Of a stretch of DNA of 64,000 nt, positions 12,553 to 24,744 are shown piece by piece. This DNA is from Marsupella aquatica (taxonomy: Eukaryota > Plantae > Marchantiophyta). A program made the translations under genes and the position numbers. Under the pieces are notes generated by a model that saw only the letters and a program-made list of their open reading frames with translations, was not told the DNA's origin and made no database searches. Position 1 is the stretch's first letter, and every line of letters begins with the position of its first letter. The stretch lies in contig OZ316897.1 in the NCBI GenBank assembly GCA_973895155.1, forward strand, positions 17,518,457 to 17,582,456. Reading direction: 5' to 3'.

Positions 12553-12918
12553 CCTCGAGGGCGGGAGCGTTCACCCAGCAGACATGCTCGTAGGCAGAAT
12601 GCAGGAACATCCTTGACGGGTAGTGTATATGGATGGTATGCGGAAACATTCTTGACCGTCAAGTAAATGGGTGGGACTTTCAAGGCAGCTATACTAGGTG
12701 AGGTTCGTACATATGCTATCAGGCCTGGTAAGGATCTATGTCTTTCCGCTCTCTCCTATCTATCTTGCATGGTGAGTAATCCAGCTGAGTGATTCCTTTA
12801 CTTTCTGTTGTTAGATTCACGGAACAGTAACGAGGACTACGCCTTATAACGTCAGCGCACTCAAATTCAGCTGTACGCATGCCACTTGTATTCTATGATC
12901 TACGCGTCGTTCTCGTTC

Positions 12919-13234
12919 AGTCAATTCCTGTTTGATTTCTTTGAACCAACAGGTTGCTTACTTTTCCTGTCATCTATCGCAACTAAGCGTTTCTTTGCTT
13001 CTCAACCTAAACTCAAGAACACTGTTCTCAACCAAGCACAAGAGCGTTCTTGGACTTATGGCCACTTTCTAAACTAAGTCAATTCCTGTTTGATTTCGTT
13101 GAACCAACAGGTTGCTTACTTTTCCTGTCATCTATCGCAACTAAGCGTTTCTTTGCTTCTCAACCAAAACTCAAGAACACTGTTCTCAACCAAGCACAAG
13201 AGCGTTCTTGGACTTATGGCCACTTTCTAAACTA
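12919..13234. repeat. Recent tandem duplication, 2 x 158 bp
   Basis: 12919-13076 and 13077-13234 differ at only 2 positions. Confidence 0.95.
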
Positions 13235-13573
13235 AGGCTTCTACGTACCCTGCCATTCTTGGCCAACAAAATCTATTTGAGATAAACGTTTCTACTGCGA
13301 CCAGCAACTAAGGTAGATTGGAATCAGTACACAACCATCATAAAATCCGAAAAGGATACAAAGCCTTCAGCACGTCAACCCCGAACCAGATCATACCAAC
13401 GAAACTAGCGCACGCTAACAACAGACAGCCAATATATAGGATCCATGCCTACATGCTACAACAGTTCTTCACGGGCGCCCCCAATAGACCAACTTCAGCT
13501 TTGATTTGCGCTGGTTGATAACAACTCAGACAACCAAACCGAATACAGGACTCTGGTGGCAAAATTTCCCTGC

Positions 13574-16500
13574 TCAAGGTGCCAACAATTTGGCAAGTTC
13601 ATCCACCGCAAGGCCACCCATAGGTGGTACATCAAATGGTGTGGTAGATGGTATCTGTGGTTCGACTTTGTTCTCCTGCAGAATTCTTTCATTCTCTAAC
13701 CTCTCCTTGGCTAACCTATTTTCTTCAATAGCAGCCGCGTCGATGATGCCTGAAAGCTCAGCAGCCTTCTCAAAGACAACATCTGGATCTGGAATTTGAT
13801 TATCTAGCTGAAATGCCTTCCCCTCCTCGATTGCCTTCTGCCACAGTGCCTCAACATCGTCCATGGAAGTCATAGAGGAACCTGTTATTCCTTCATCCCT
13901 CCCTAAAACCGCTTCGTCGTTGCTCAAATACGAAACTGAAGGTTCCTCTGTAAGATTGGTCACGTCTTCTGTAGATCTATTCATTGTGGACATTGCATTC
14001 TCGGTGATTACCTCTGTGTCTGAAGCTGCACTTCTCGTGTCTTCATCTATGTCTAAAACTGAGCGCTCATGATTTCCATCCACTAACAAAGATTCATTTT
14101 GGGGATCCCCATCCGTGGTGCTAACAGCACCTTCAACGTTATCGCCTTCAACGGTAATGATGGAAAGATGAGACATTGCTGAATTGATACCTTCTGCTAG
14201 CCCCAGCTTTTGCTCATCACTGTCGGCTTGCGAGACAGATTCCTCCATGACATCCGTGACCTCATCTCCATCCATTGAAACTTCAATTCCTTTCTCTCCT
14301 TCTAGAATTTGTTGAACATCTTGAAGCCCTCTTGAATCACCTCCATCCATTAAGACATCAATTGCTTGCTCGCCTTCTGGAGTTTGTTGAACATTCTCAA
14401 CCAAGGCAGGCTTCTTTCTAGTCACAATCACTTGCTCTTTTTCAAAAGATAGCAGGGTGCAAGGCACCAGATCCTGTATCCAAAAACACAAATGCGACAT
14501 TTGGATACGGTAGTGGGACAGGAGTTGCCACCAATAACAAGAGGTGAAAGATCCCCGGTAAGCTTATAGCAGACAAGAAACTCATCTGTTCCAAATCACG
14601 AAAACAAGCGAACCGAGCTGAACGGCATGGACTGGAGAAACAAACAACCTTCAGCTTGGCACCAATTTTTTTGTAGTCGGTAGGGTTCATTCCTTGGCAG
14701 TCGATCCGAACCACCTCATCTATCTCCAACTGTGCCCTCACTTCTGCTACAAGGTTCAAGTATACTCCATTTTTTGCTGGTGGGACATCGGCAGTAGTTG
14801 TCAGAACTTCAAATCCAGAATTTCACCTATCAAAGGAAGGCTCCAGAATTTCTAAATTCAACAAGTAGCTGCTTCTGGTAAGGCTTGGACCTAGGACCAA
14901 CAGATATATCCCACGTCCAAGTGAGGGTAATTCAATGGCACCATCAAGGCCGTAGTTCTAGACAGTAAGAAACTTACAGAGCCTACAGAGAGCGGCAACT
15001 TTTCGTCCCATCCCTCTTAGTCGCCTGGCCTCCTCCGCTGTTAAACCTTCCGGAACAGCTTGAACAAGCCGTGGGTAGATAGGATCAGGAGGCTTCCAGA
15101 GCATTATTGGAATTTGAGGCCTGCCCTTGTAATTGTAGTTCCGGCCTCGAAATAAATGAAGCACGCCACCAGTCCGGTGGATAATAACTCCTCCGGTTTT
15201 CTCCTGTCGACATCCAAAAATGTCCAAAATGAGAATTGGGGACACATCCGGCTAGGTGTAGACAGCGACAGGGAGTGTGATCGATCACAATCGTCTCAAC
15301 AGTTGCAATTCTGGTTCAAAAATTGTAAGCGAGCCCGGAATCAAAGCCTTCTCAGAAGGATGAAAATATTGATACCTCAATCACTCGGACCAAATTATCC
15401 ATGTCAATTGTTGGAACCCCTTTGCACTTAACCTTGCAAACCACACTCCGCTTCCAGTGCGAGTGTATGACGTCCAACATGTTGTGCGTCAACCCATCCC
15501 TTCCTGTATTAACATTGGTCAATGTCATCTCATAAACCATTTTCACATCACAATAGTTATGCCTCATCAATTCATGGTCGAACAATACCGTCCATGAACG
15601 ATTCTAAACAGAGAAATGAAAGGAAGACAAGAGAGTTGTAATACCCAAGTTGAGCTGCTTGCTCCCTCTGTTGACACTGTTAACTAGCTCATTGATTTCG
15701 AGCTGAGTAAGCGGTTCTCCCAGAATCTCCTCTCTGGTTTTCGCATGCTTAGGTCCTTGTCCAGGAGGGAATGGACCAGGCCTTTGAACGTATTTCACCC
15801 CTTTCTTCCCAGGGGGGGGAGGGTTGAAAGAATCGAAATCAGGAACCTTCTTCCTCTGCGGTTTCAGAGGAGCGCTGCCAGTCCATGGCCGTTCAAGCAA
15901 ATCGGCTGGACCGAACGGTGACCAAGGAGTTTCCCGAAACCCAATAATTGGAGCCGTGGGAACTTCGGAGTAACTAAACTGATAGCCTTGTTGCATCCAC
16001 TCGGGAAGGTGTTCTGGAGTAAGAGGACGTTTTGAAGAAGGCCTCTGCACAGGCTCATCACTTGCAGCATCAGCAGATGGAGATTTATCGCGGTTCACCA
16101 CATTCCGATCTGGCTGTGATGCAACATCACCCATAGGCTTGCGGAACACCTTCTTATCTATTCTTTCTGCCCTCTTTCGAGAGCTCTCCGTGTGCAGCTT
16201 GCTTATGGGCTTGGAGTACTTGGAAAACTTCCCCGGTATGGAGGGAAGGGAAGGTTCGGACCTGGATCCGACTGATCTGAACCTCTCCTCATGAGAAAAT
16301 CCATCTCTGAAGCCAGTATCTACTCGTCGAAACCTTTCAGAAGGCAAAGGTGGGAGGCTAGGACGAGCAGAATCTGTACTAGCGGAAGATGAAGATGCAG
16401 CTGGAGGCAAAGAAGGGTTTACTGACTCAGGGGGACATGAGCATGACCAGGGTGCCAGGCGCGACCAGGGAATTCTCCGAGAAACAGAAGTGCACAGGGA

Positions 16501-16575
16501 AAATGAAAGCCGGCTCGTTGAGCTCCGCAATACCGACCCCTGCAGCATTTGTGGCGGTGACGAGAGCGGCAGCAT
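13574..16575 (-). CDS. CAF1: CRS2-associated factor 1-like chloroplast group II intron splicing factor (two CRM domains); about 770 aa
   Basis: Exons 16575-15645, 15503-15376, 15203-14978, 14776-14649, 14473-13574 (GT-AG, sum 2313 nt, in frame). Ser/Arg-rich transit-like N-terminus; [69 protein letters not shown]; C-terminal VDELAKLLA motif as in CAF1. Confidence 0.92.
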
Positions 16576-17245
16576 TTCTAACCACGAATCAACATTAAGA
16601 CCGAAACAGTCCTCGCGAGCGCTGTGACAGCCCTGTCACGCCTTCCACCTGCGCTTAAAACGAAGTGGATTTCTAATCAACAATCACCACAACCACCGAA
16701 AGCAGCTCTCCGGGAGCTTTCTTCTTCCACCTCCGCAGAAATGTAGACGCAGCAGTTACCCCAGGATAAAATGCTCACTGCCTTCCACTGAGTGAGAGAT
16801 GCAGAGGAGAGAAAATCTGCCTAAAGATTCCGCTAAGGGTTCACTACCATGCCACGAATTTTCGCTGATTGCCAAGATTTCGGAGACTGTTTGCACAGAA
16901 CTGTGCCTAATGGTCAGTTTCTAGATTCCCGCCGTCACTCCCTTTCGCTCAAGGGATTTCTCCGACAATTGTATCCCCCGTCTTCCTCGTTCGTTCTCGA
17001 CTCGCTAAATCACCACTGTAAGCTCGAGCAACCTTTGGCTGTCGTTGTTCGAGCTCGCCCGCGTCGACCTCGAGAGTTTTCACTGCAATCCTTTCAGAGA
17101 AACATCACACGAAGGTGCGCTTTCGACCATATCCCATTCGCGTCTCCGGTTCCTCAGCAAGCTTTCGAAGTGTAATTTTCTCGCTTTGAGGCTCTGATCA
17201 TTCGCTTTGCTCTCGTGTATTTGGTACAAAAACAGCGTCACATAG

Positions 17246-17298
17246 GGGCCCTAAGCCCAACGACATAAATGGTATTATGGCAGGGACAAAAACCCTAA
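17246..17298. promoter_or_regulatory. Site II-like motif and telo-box upstream of CAF1
   Basis: GGGCCC/AGCCCA (TGGGCT on minus) at 17246-17259 and AAACCCTAA at 17290-17298; short motifs that may be chance. Confidence 0.35.
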
Positions 17299-17332
17299 AC
17301 CTCAAAACCTTCTGAGCTACCTATGTGTGTGC

Positions 17333-17618
17333 CAGCTTATTTTTTAAGGCTTTTATTTTTAGCCAGTGTGGTGAATGTTTGCTTCTCCAAGGGAATAGAT
17401 TCTAGGAATATTCTTTATCAGATTTTGAAGTACATCATGACCTCCAGATATCCCTAGATTTAAGGAGGACTGTTAGATTCTGGCTAATGGGGTCTATGAT
17501 TTTTTTGGTGGAAGAGTGGCCAATGGTGGTAAAAAAATCTAGCAAATATTAGCCAAAAGTGGCAAACATTTTTGGGGGAGGTGGAATTTGGCTAAATTCG
17601 CACTTAAAAAATATGCTG
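17333..17618. mobile_element. hAT-like MITE (286 bp)
   Basis: TIRs CAGCTTATTTTTTAAG / CTTAAAAAATATGCTG (15 of 16 match); degenerate 8-bp TSD GTGTGTGC / ATGTGTAC. Confidence 0.65.
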
Positions 17619-17619
17619 A

Positions 17620-17725
17620 TGTGTACCCCTCTAAGTATCAGAGCCATTAGAAATTGTGTGCCCCTCTAAGGATGAGCCATAAGACCTTGTGTGCCCCTCT
17701 AAACATCCAAAAGCCATAAGACCTT
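17620..17725. repeat. Short tandem repeat, about 3 x 35 bp
   Basis: TGTGYCCCTCTAA...AGCCATWAGA repeated three times. Confidence 0.75.
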
Positions 17726-20700
17726 CTTCTTGGCAGTGGTTTGATATGCACTAGGAAAGAGTATCAAAGTTTCATAATTATGGATGATGGGTTTTGGAGA
17801 TAAACAACTGGCCATAGCCTTTCATGTAAAGTTTTTTTTTTCACTAGCCTCATATGGTCATGGCATAGGACCAATCTTTATGGCCAAAAATTATGGATCA
17901 TGAATTTTTCTTGTCAGTATTTTAATTACAAGTTAAGCTCCATCAATGTTTTAGGTTTGAGACCCCGAAATCTCCACTTTTGCGCAGTCTTCCGGTCCAG
18001 CCCTTTCTCCCTTCTTCAAAATCTTTATCTGCCAAAAACCCAGGCCCTTCTCCTCCCTTAACCCTACGAGCAACCCAACCAGCAACTACTTAGGCAATCA
18101 CCCACACAAGCCTGACTGCTGCAGCTTTGCTCAGGTCCAAATTTGCCTTTCCGCAACAGTCACCCCAGAGTTGCAAATCTATAGACTACACTGTCGACCA
18201 CAGGCTCCAGAGTGTAGCTTTCAACCTTGAGTTGCAATGTAGAGGCTTCACTAACAACCGCAGGCTCCAGAGTGTAGCTTAGATCATGATTTTAGATGAG
18301 TTTGACCACCCTTTGTAAATATAGGTTTTCTTTGCTCAAAAAATGTCCTCATATGATGTTAAAGTTTGATCACCCTTAACAAATTCCAAAGCTCTATCAT
18401 GAACTTAAATCAGCCTGCACCATCCGTCCTCAGGAAAAACAGTGGGACAGACCACTGTCTATTAGGCCATCTAGTTTCAACTCTGTGGATAGCACATTAG
18501 AACTTGCACATACTGAAGAAGCCAAAAATGTACTGATGCTTTATCTTGCTCAAAAGTTTCTTTGCTGAAAAATTGTCCTCGTTATTTTCCTGGCATATAG
18601 GACTATGACCATATTGACAAGGTCAGATGCTCTAGGCACCCCCTGTTCAGTTTGTGAGGGCTCCGCGCCTAAAAAGCACTTCCACTGAAGGAAAGTCATC
18701 GTTTTCTCTGCCTTTCACTGTGGAATGTTTTTACCTTGTTCAAGGACCGCCGCTGAGCGTGTCTAACAGCTGTGGTATATGAAAGGGGAGCGTTTTTCAA
18801 ATCGATGTAAGTATACTTTATTCCAACTTGTCACATATTTGCATTCCGTCATGGACAACATACATGAACATACTAGGAGAGTAGTGTTGGGTCTACGAAT
18901 GCCTGTCTCTCTACTTACATATGGTTTAGCCGTCAAGCTGATTGAGGAATGCTGCTAGTGCTGGAAAGTTACAAGGTCAATGAATAAATTCAATCAATCA
19001 AGTTCAAAATCTTCGCACTTTCATGATCAGTTTATTGAAAGTTGGCTGGACATATAGTACAGATTAGATCTTTACATCCGCTCTCAAAGTGTGCGGCATA
19101 CTTGTGTGTGTGAGATCTGACTCTTGCAAGTCGTCATGCATAGATTTGAGATACTTGGCTTCTACATTTCTACACCTTTGATACCCTCGGAATCTTTAGT
19201 CCTGGTAACCCACCTAGTTGCTACTGACGACACCACATCAGCTGTATAAATGGATGCGGAACTTGATGGGGTGAAACTACACTCTGATCACGAGAAAATC
19301 ATACACTTGCAGGCACACCCAATGTATGCGAACAACCGCCACCAGAGCTTCCAGGCATTCATTACGATTCTCCAGGGAGTTCAGCTACCTTAATCATCAA
19401 GCCCAAATCAAAGTACAAACGGAAAACAGCTGTAACAGTCACAGCAAGCACCCGGATTCCAAAACAAGATTTTTGTACTGTGGTTGATGATGATCCCCGA
19501 TCGAGAATGCGCCCCTCCTATTGACTTAATGCCTGGTCACCAACGAAGGTATTTCTTGGAAGTCGCAGATTCAACAGATAATCGTCTCTTCACTCAATTT
19601 CCTCCGGCGCTCTCTAAAACCTGCTGAAGGACTTGGACAGACACCATGGGAAGGATGTGATGAGGTCACGCAGCGAGTCTCGTCTCGTGGGAATGGAACA
19701 ACACAATGTAAGGTCAAGGTCATGTTGTGACGGTCGCCCTATGTTCCATGGAATTATGATGTGTAAAAGCGGGAATGTGAGCTCTCCACACAGAGGAAAG
19801 CACATGTCAGGAACGGGAGGGGGGGGGATATGAGTGGAAAACGTGAGTTGAAGGTCCTACCGAATCAGTACGCGAAGTGATCTAGAGTACATTCCAGTCA
19901 TCCATAGGGGGCCAAACAACTGAATCAATGGAGCCAGCCATGGCATAAGATTAGGAGGCCAGCAGATACCATCGATTTTCTCTACTGTGACTTCCAAACA
20001 AACTAGACTTACTCTACTTGATTTTAAAAAGGCTTGCTGAGACAGATAATCAATAAACGACATGTATCCATAACTGCTTGCCAATATTATGAAAGTCCAA
20101 GGGACGGACCACCAAAAACATTTCAGATGATCAAAGCGTGAGAAGAACGGACAGGAAACTATAAGCAGGTTTCGGTGCATTAAATCAGGACCCATGTGCA
20201 ACTCATCATACTTCTCACTGTGCAATGATAGCGCAGAGAAACCTGGCAGAGTTACTTGGAAACCCAATTCAATGTAGGAAGCATCAATTCAAAGACATCG
20301 AAGATAAGATGCCAGCCCTCGACTACGAGGTGCCTGTTGGCGGCCAGGCCATTAAGATTGATACGGCAAGAGAGATGGCAACCCGCAGGTACTTCCAATA
20401 GTCTCCTTGGTTTGAACCAACTAGAAAAACGAACATATCCTCAATTACGCTGCCAGACAACCTACTCGACTGCCACAGGATAAACATCAGATTTACGTAG
20501 TTGACCCTTAGTGTGCTTATTTTCCATTCTATCTCTTCCCCAAAAGTGCAGTGACTTCGAGCTGTGATCACGAAGGACATCAGATTATGGGTGGTGATCT
20601 ATCTGAAATGGTCAACACGGCCTGCTAAGCCCATCTGACGAACGAGACCTTGCACATTGTCTTCATCGTCCTCCGTGTCACCAAACAGCCATTGTGCTTT

Positions 20701-21947
20701 ATCAGGAGAGATTATACTAAGCAATTTATAAACTCGACTTCTCGGTCATTGTATTCAATCATGGTATGTACACTACAATTTCAACCTACATATTCGGCGC
20801 TACAAATTAGATTACAAAGGAGGTAGAGATATGAGATTGTTCTCTTGAGGTGCTTGGCCAGAAAACAAGATTTTGCTAATAAGCTCAACAGGGTCTCCTG
20901 AAGTATCAAAATTTATTGCCTAATTTAGAGAACAAATCTTCTCGACGCTTCGCAACCTATTCCCAACTGCTGTAGTTGCATTGTTTACAAGTCTTCGTGA
21001 TTCACTTCATGGAGAAGCTTCCTGCTGGAATTTAGCCGTGTAAAGCGGAGGAGATCTTTCATTGGTTTCCTTCAGGAGTGAATCAACGTAAACCTACACA
21101 AACCTTTCTGCGTTTTTTCACAACCCAAAAATGCGGAGTCACAAGTCCAGTTCTATTTCACAGTCCAGGTCGCCTCAGAAACTGTGTCAAGAGAGCAGTC
21201 GATGCACGCATTGGGGAGGGAATAACAGCTATGCTTGCTTCCTTGGACACCGACAGATTGCAGAAATTTTACTCACACCATTTTTAAGTATCTTTCTAGG
21301 AAACCTTGACTCTCCATTGCCATTCGGTCTATACTTGTTCTGAAAAGTTTTTATTGTCTGTCAAAGAGTAGCACTAAAGCCACCTACATCAAGAAGACAC
21401 CTACTGTGAAACACAAGGGCGAATGTCTTCAGTGCCTTGTGGACACTCCCTACTGCCGCACTAGGATAGACTGCCAGAAGTCTAGATCTTGGAATCAGTT
21501 GCAGGGGTATAAAGCACAACAGAAACATCACATCAATGCATTGGCAACATCTAGCCAAAACAACATCAACATTTAGTTAAAAATGAGGAGAGACTTCCAA
21601 CTTTAGAAGCTCTAAATTTATACGAGTAAGGAAGAGACAATCATAAGAGCCGAGTAACATTGCTCTCCACCCAAACCCAAGCCTTCCCACCAGCATCAAG
21701 AGGTGTACGCAGGCAATAAAATAGGTCTAACAAATTGAATGTGCGGACAAAACTGTGAATGACTTCAATACTCTAAAAATAATGGGGACTGTAAACATCG
21801 GATTTAATGAACTGAGGGGTTATAAATGAATTGAAGCCATTCGGGGTGCACCTTGGACAGCTTCCAACTCATGCACCCACATCAGCAAGCATTACCCATT
21901 TTGAACAATGCAGAACGTGAAGTAGGCCACCACAATCCCCATTGCAA

Positions 21948-24341
21948 TCAATGTGCCTTAGCCTTCTCAGCCTCCACTGGTGGAGGCGCACCACCAGTTG
22001 TTGGTCTGTAAACACAATTTCACATCAAATAAGCTATCAGAATCTGGCATCTCGGCGAGTGATAGCATAGGAGTTGCACCAAATATCTATTACGACCATA
22101 AGAAACCCTAAATCAGCAATCTTGGCCACCCTATTATCCAATATCTATAACTGGTCGTCAAGATCTAACTTCCAATGAAGCAACAATGCTTTGATATGAT
22201 ACTTACAGGCCAACGTAGACCTTGAACGCATCATATATGCCCCATTGAGCCCCGGTGAGTGTTCCGATCATAAGAATTCGAAGTGGCAAACCTCGAGTAA
22301 ACAGAGAAACCATGCCCATTTGGGCAACAGCCTGCGCAAAGAAGAAGCCACTGCAATATGAGAAAAAAATCCTATTGGGCAACATCTGAGAACATGCTAA
22401 CTCTGAAACGTAGCAACCACGTATCGAATTGGTTTTACTGAGAGAAATCAAACACATCTCGCAACCGTAACCATTGAGATGGCGTTACAATGAATGTTCT
22501 CAGAATCTAAAAAGAACTCAAATGAAAAGGGCGAATCTAGTACCTGTCCAACTGTAGCACCCTTTGCGTTGTTCAAGAAGGACACGAGATTATCTGCAGG
22601 ATGTGATACAATAGCGCAAAACACTCCCGCGATGTAACCAGCAGCGAAACTAACACCCAGTTGCGTTGACTTGGAGCACTCTGACTTGGGGATTGGGACA
22701 GCGTACTTGTAAAGTGCCTCCACGGTAGCCTCAAAACATGAAAATTTCATCATTGTGTCTGAAAGAATACAAAAGAGTTACCGAGATGCTTGCAGATACC
22801 CACCCGGTACACGGGAGGTGACGAAGACAACGACCACATGTAAGACCGGTAGATTGCGCAAGTAAAGAAACATTCCACTCGAGTTCAATGTTCTAAAGCT
22901 AAATTTAGAGGCGATCTGGGCAATCTCACCATTTGCATCAAGTAGCATCCAAAACATTTCCATCTGATTCACAGCCACTCAATGCCATTTCCATCAAGGA
23001 TAGAGGGGAGAACACTTACAAGGAATCTGTCGGCCCCAAAGTGGCACAAGCCCCTTGTATAATCTGCAGGAGAACATAATCAAATCAAAATCTCATACTT
23101 GGTCCTGCGTCACTGGAAAGAAAGAAAAACCAACACTCGGAAAAGACCCTCCGGAAACAGGTTATTCATCTAGGGTGAGCACGATTGAAGACATTAGACG
23201 GAAAATCGAGACAGTAAACGGCACTGTGGAGAACAGCAAGGAAAACTTACCCAGCATATCCATCCTGAGCCACAAATTTTCTGAACCCATCTGACATACC
23301 ATTGGCAAAGCCAGGCTTCGTTTGCACACGCACTTTAATAGCTTCAAATGGGCAGAGAGCAACATCTGCGATAAACTCGGCGGAGGCAGATCCAGCAAGG
23401 TAAATGAGAGTCTTGTAATTGTGCGCCATTTCCTCTCCGGCAAGATCAGCGTAGTACTTCTTGAAAAACTCGTAAAAACCAAACTTGCAAGCCCCTTGAG
23501 CACTGTATCCCAGCAAGGTTGGCACCCATCCCTTGACCAAACCCTTTGCACCCTGCTCTGCAAGTACGGTCTTGAAAGCTTGGCCAATGCCTTTGTACTT
23601 CACCGGATCAATCTGGTGCAAGCAAGCCAATGACAGAAATCAACTGATCCGTCAAAACCTCAACATGGGCTGAAATAGGGCCACTGGAAGTACCTAAAGG
23701 CCAGCTTGATCACATTGAAAATTCGCAATTATTTAGTTTCGCATTTTGCCACAATATTGCATAACCAACACAATATGGAAAACGAGGGATACTACTCCAG
23801 AGACTCCGTGTAGCAGGAAAAACTCACTGTCCACGACCAGTCAAGGCAACTTCCAGTGAGACATCTTCCATCTAGCCAACCGCTCTACAGGTGCAATGCA
23901 GATGTGAAACTAGGAGAAGGGTTCAACAACGAGAGAGTTCAACACCCGCGTGACAATACTAATAGACGATACCTGCATATTGCATTTCACGACGTCCATG
24001 GGAGTCACGCCAGTGTGTGTGAGGCCGCAACTCAAAATACCACCGATCGTGCACGCAGTGTAAAACTCCTTTGAGTACATGACAATTTTTTTCGGCTCGG
24101 CAGGCGACGGGATCATAAAGTTCGAGGATCCCTCCGCCACACCGACTCTACTGCTGCTTCCCGCATTCTTGCCGGCCGTATAGGGCCGGAAGCGGGCAAA
24201 TGGATCATACAGAGCTGGCGTTGCAACTGCAGAGGACGATACCGTCGACGCCGTAGCAGCAGCAGAGGTCCTCGGCAAGAGCGACATAGCTGCGCTTCTG
24301 TACAGATGCGAGGGCACCAACGAGTCTCTCCGATCGGCCAT
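21948..24341 (-). CDS. PHT3: Mitochondrial phosphate carrier (MPT/PHT3 family); about 390 aa
   Basis: Exons 24341-23973, 23612-23251, 23063-23020, 22758-22544, 22331-22207, 22005-21948 (sum 1173 nt). Motifs [81 protein letters not shown]. Probable 5' UTR intron 24583-24351. Confidence 0.96.
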
Positions 24342-24681
24342 CGCTCCAACCTAAATGAACACCAACAGCAATAACAAAAAAAAACACAACAGCACCTAAT
24401 CAAGATCTCCTTCTCGTCCGTCAAGAAACAACACAGCCGTCAGCTTACTCGTTACTCCTCTGCTCACTATTACACTTCGCATTCCGCGACACACATCTCG
24501 ATCTGAACCCGGATCGAGAACAGAACCCGCGACAGAAGGAGGCTCGATCGATCGAAAAACAAACAGTTCAACAACTCACTCACCTCGCGTGAGCAAAACC
24601 GATACCGACGTCGGTCGCGGAGACAGACTGAAATTTTCGCGACAAGCCAGTCGTCCACGAACCCTCCCTCGTTCCGTCTCC

Positions 24682-24744
24682 GCTCTGTTTGTGATCTGTT
24701 TGTGCTCTGTTTGTGATCTGTTTGTGCTCTGTTTGTGCTCTGTT
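24682..24744. repeat. 11-bp tandem repeat (about 5 copies) in the putative 5' leader of the phosphate carrier
   Basis: CTGTTTGTGAT / CTGTTTGTGCT units. Confidence 0.85.
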
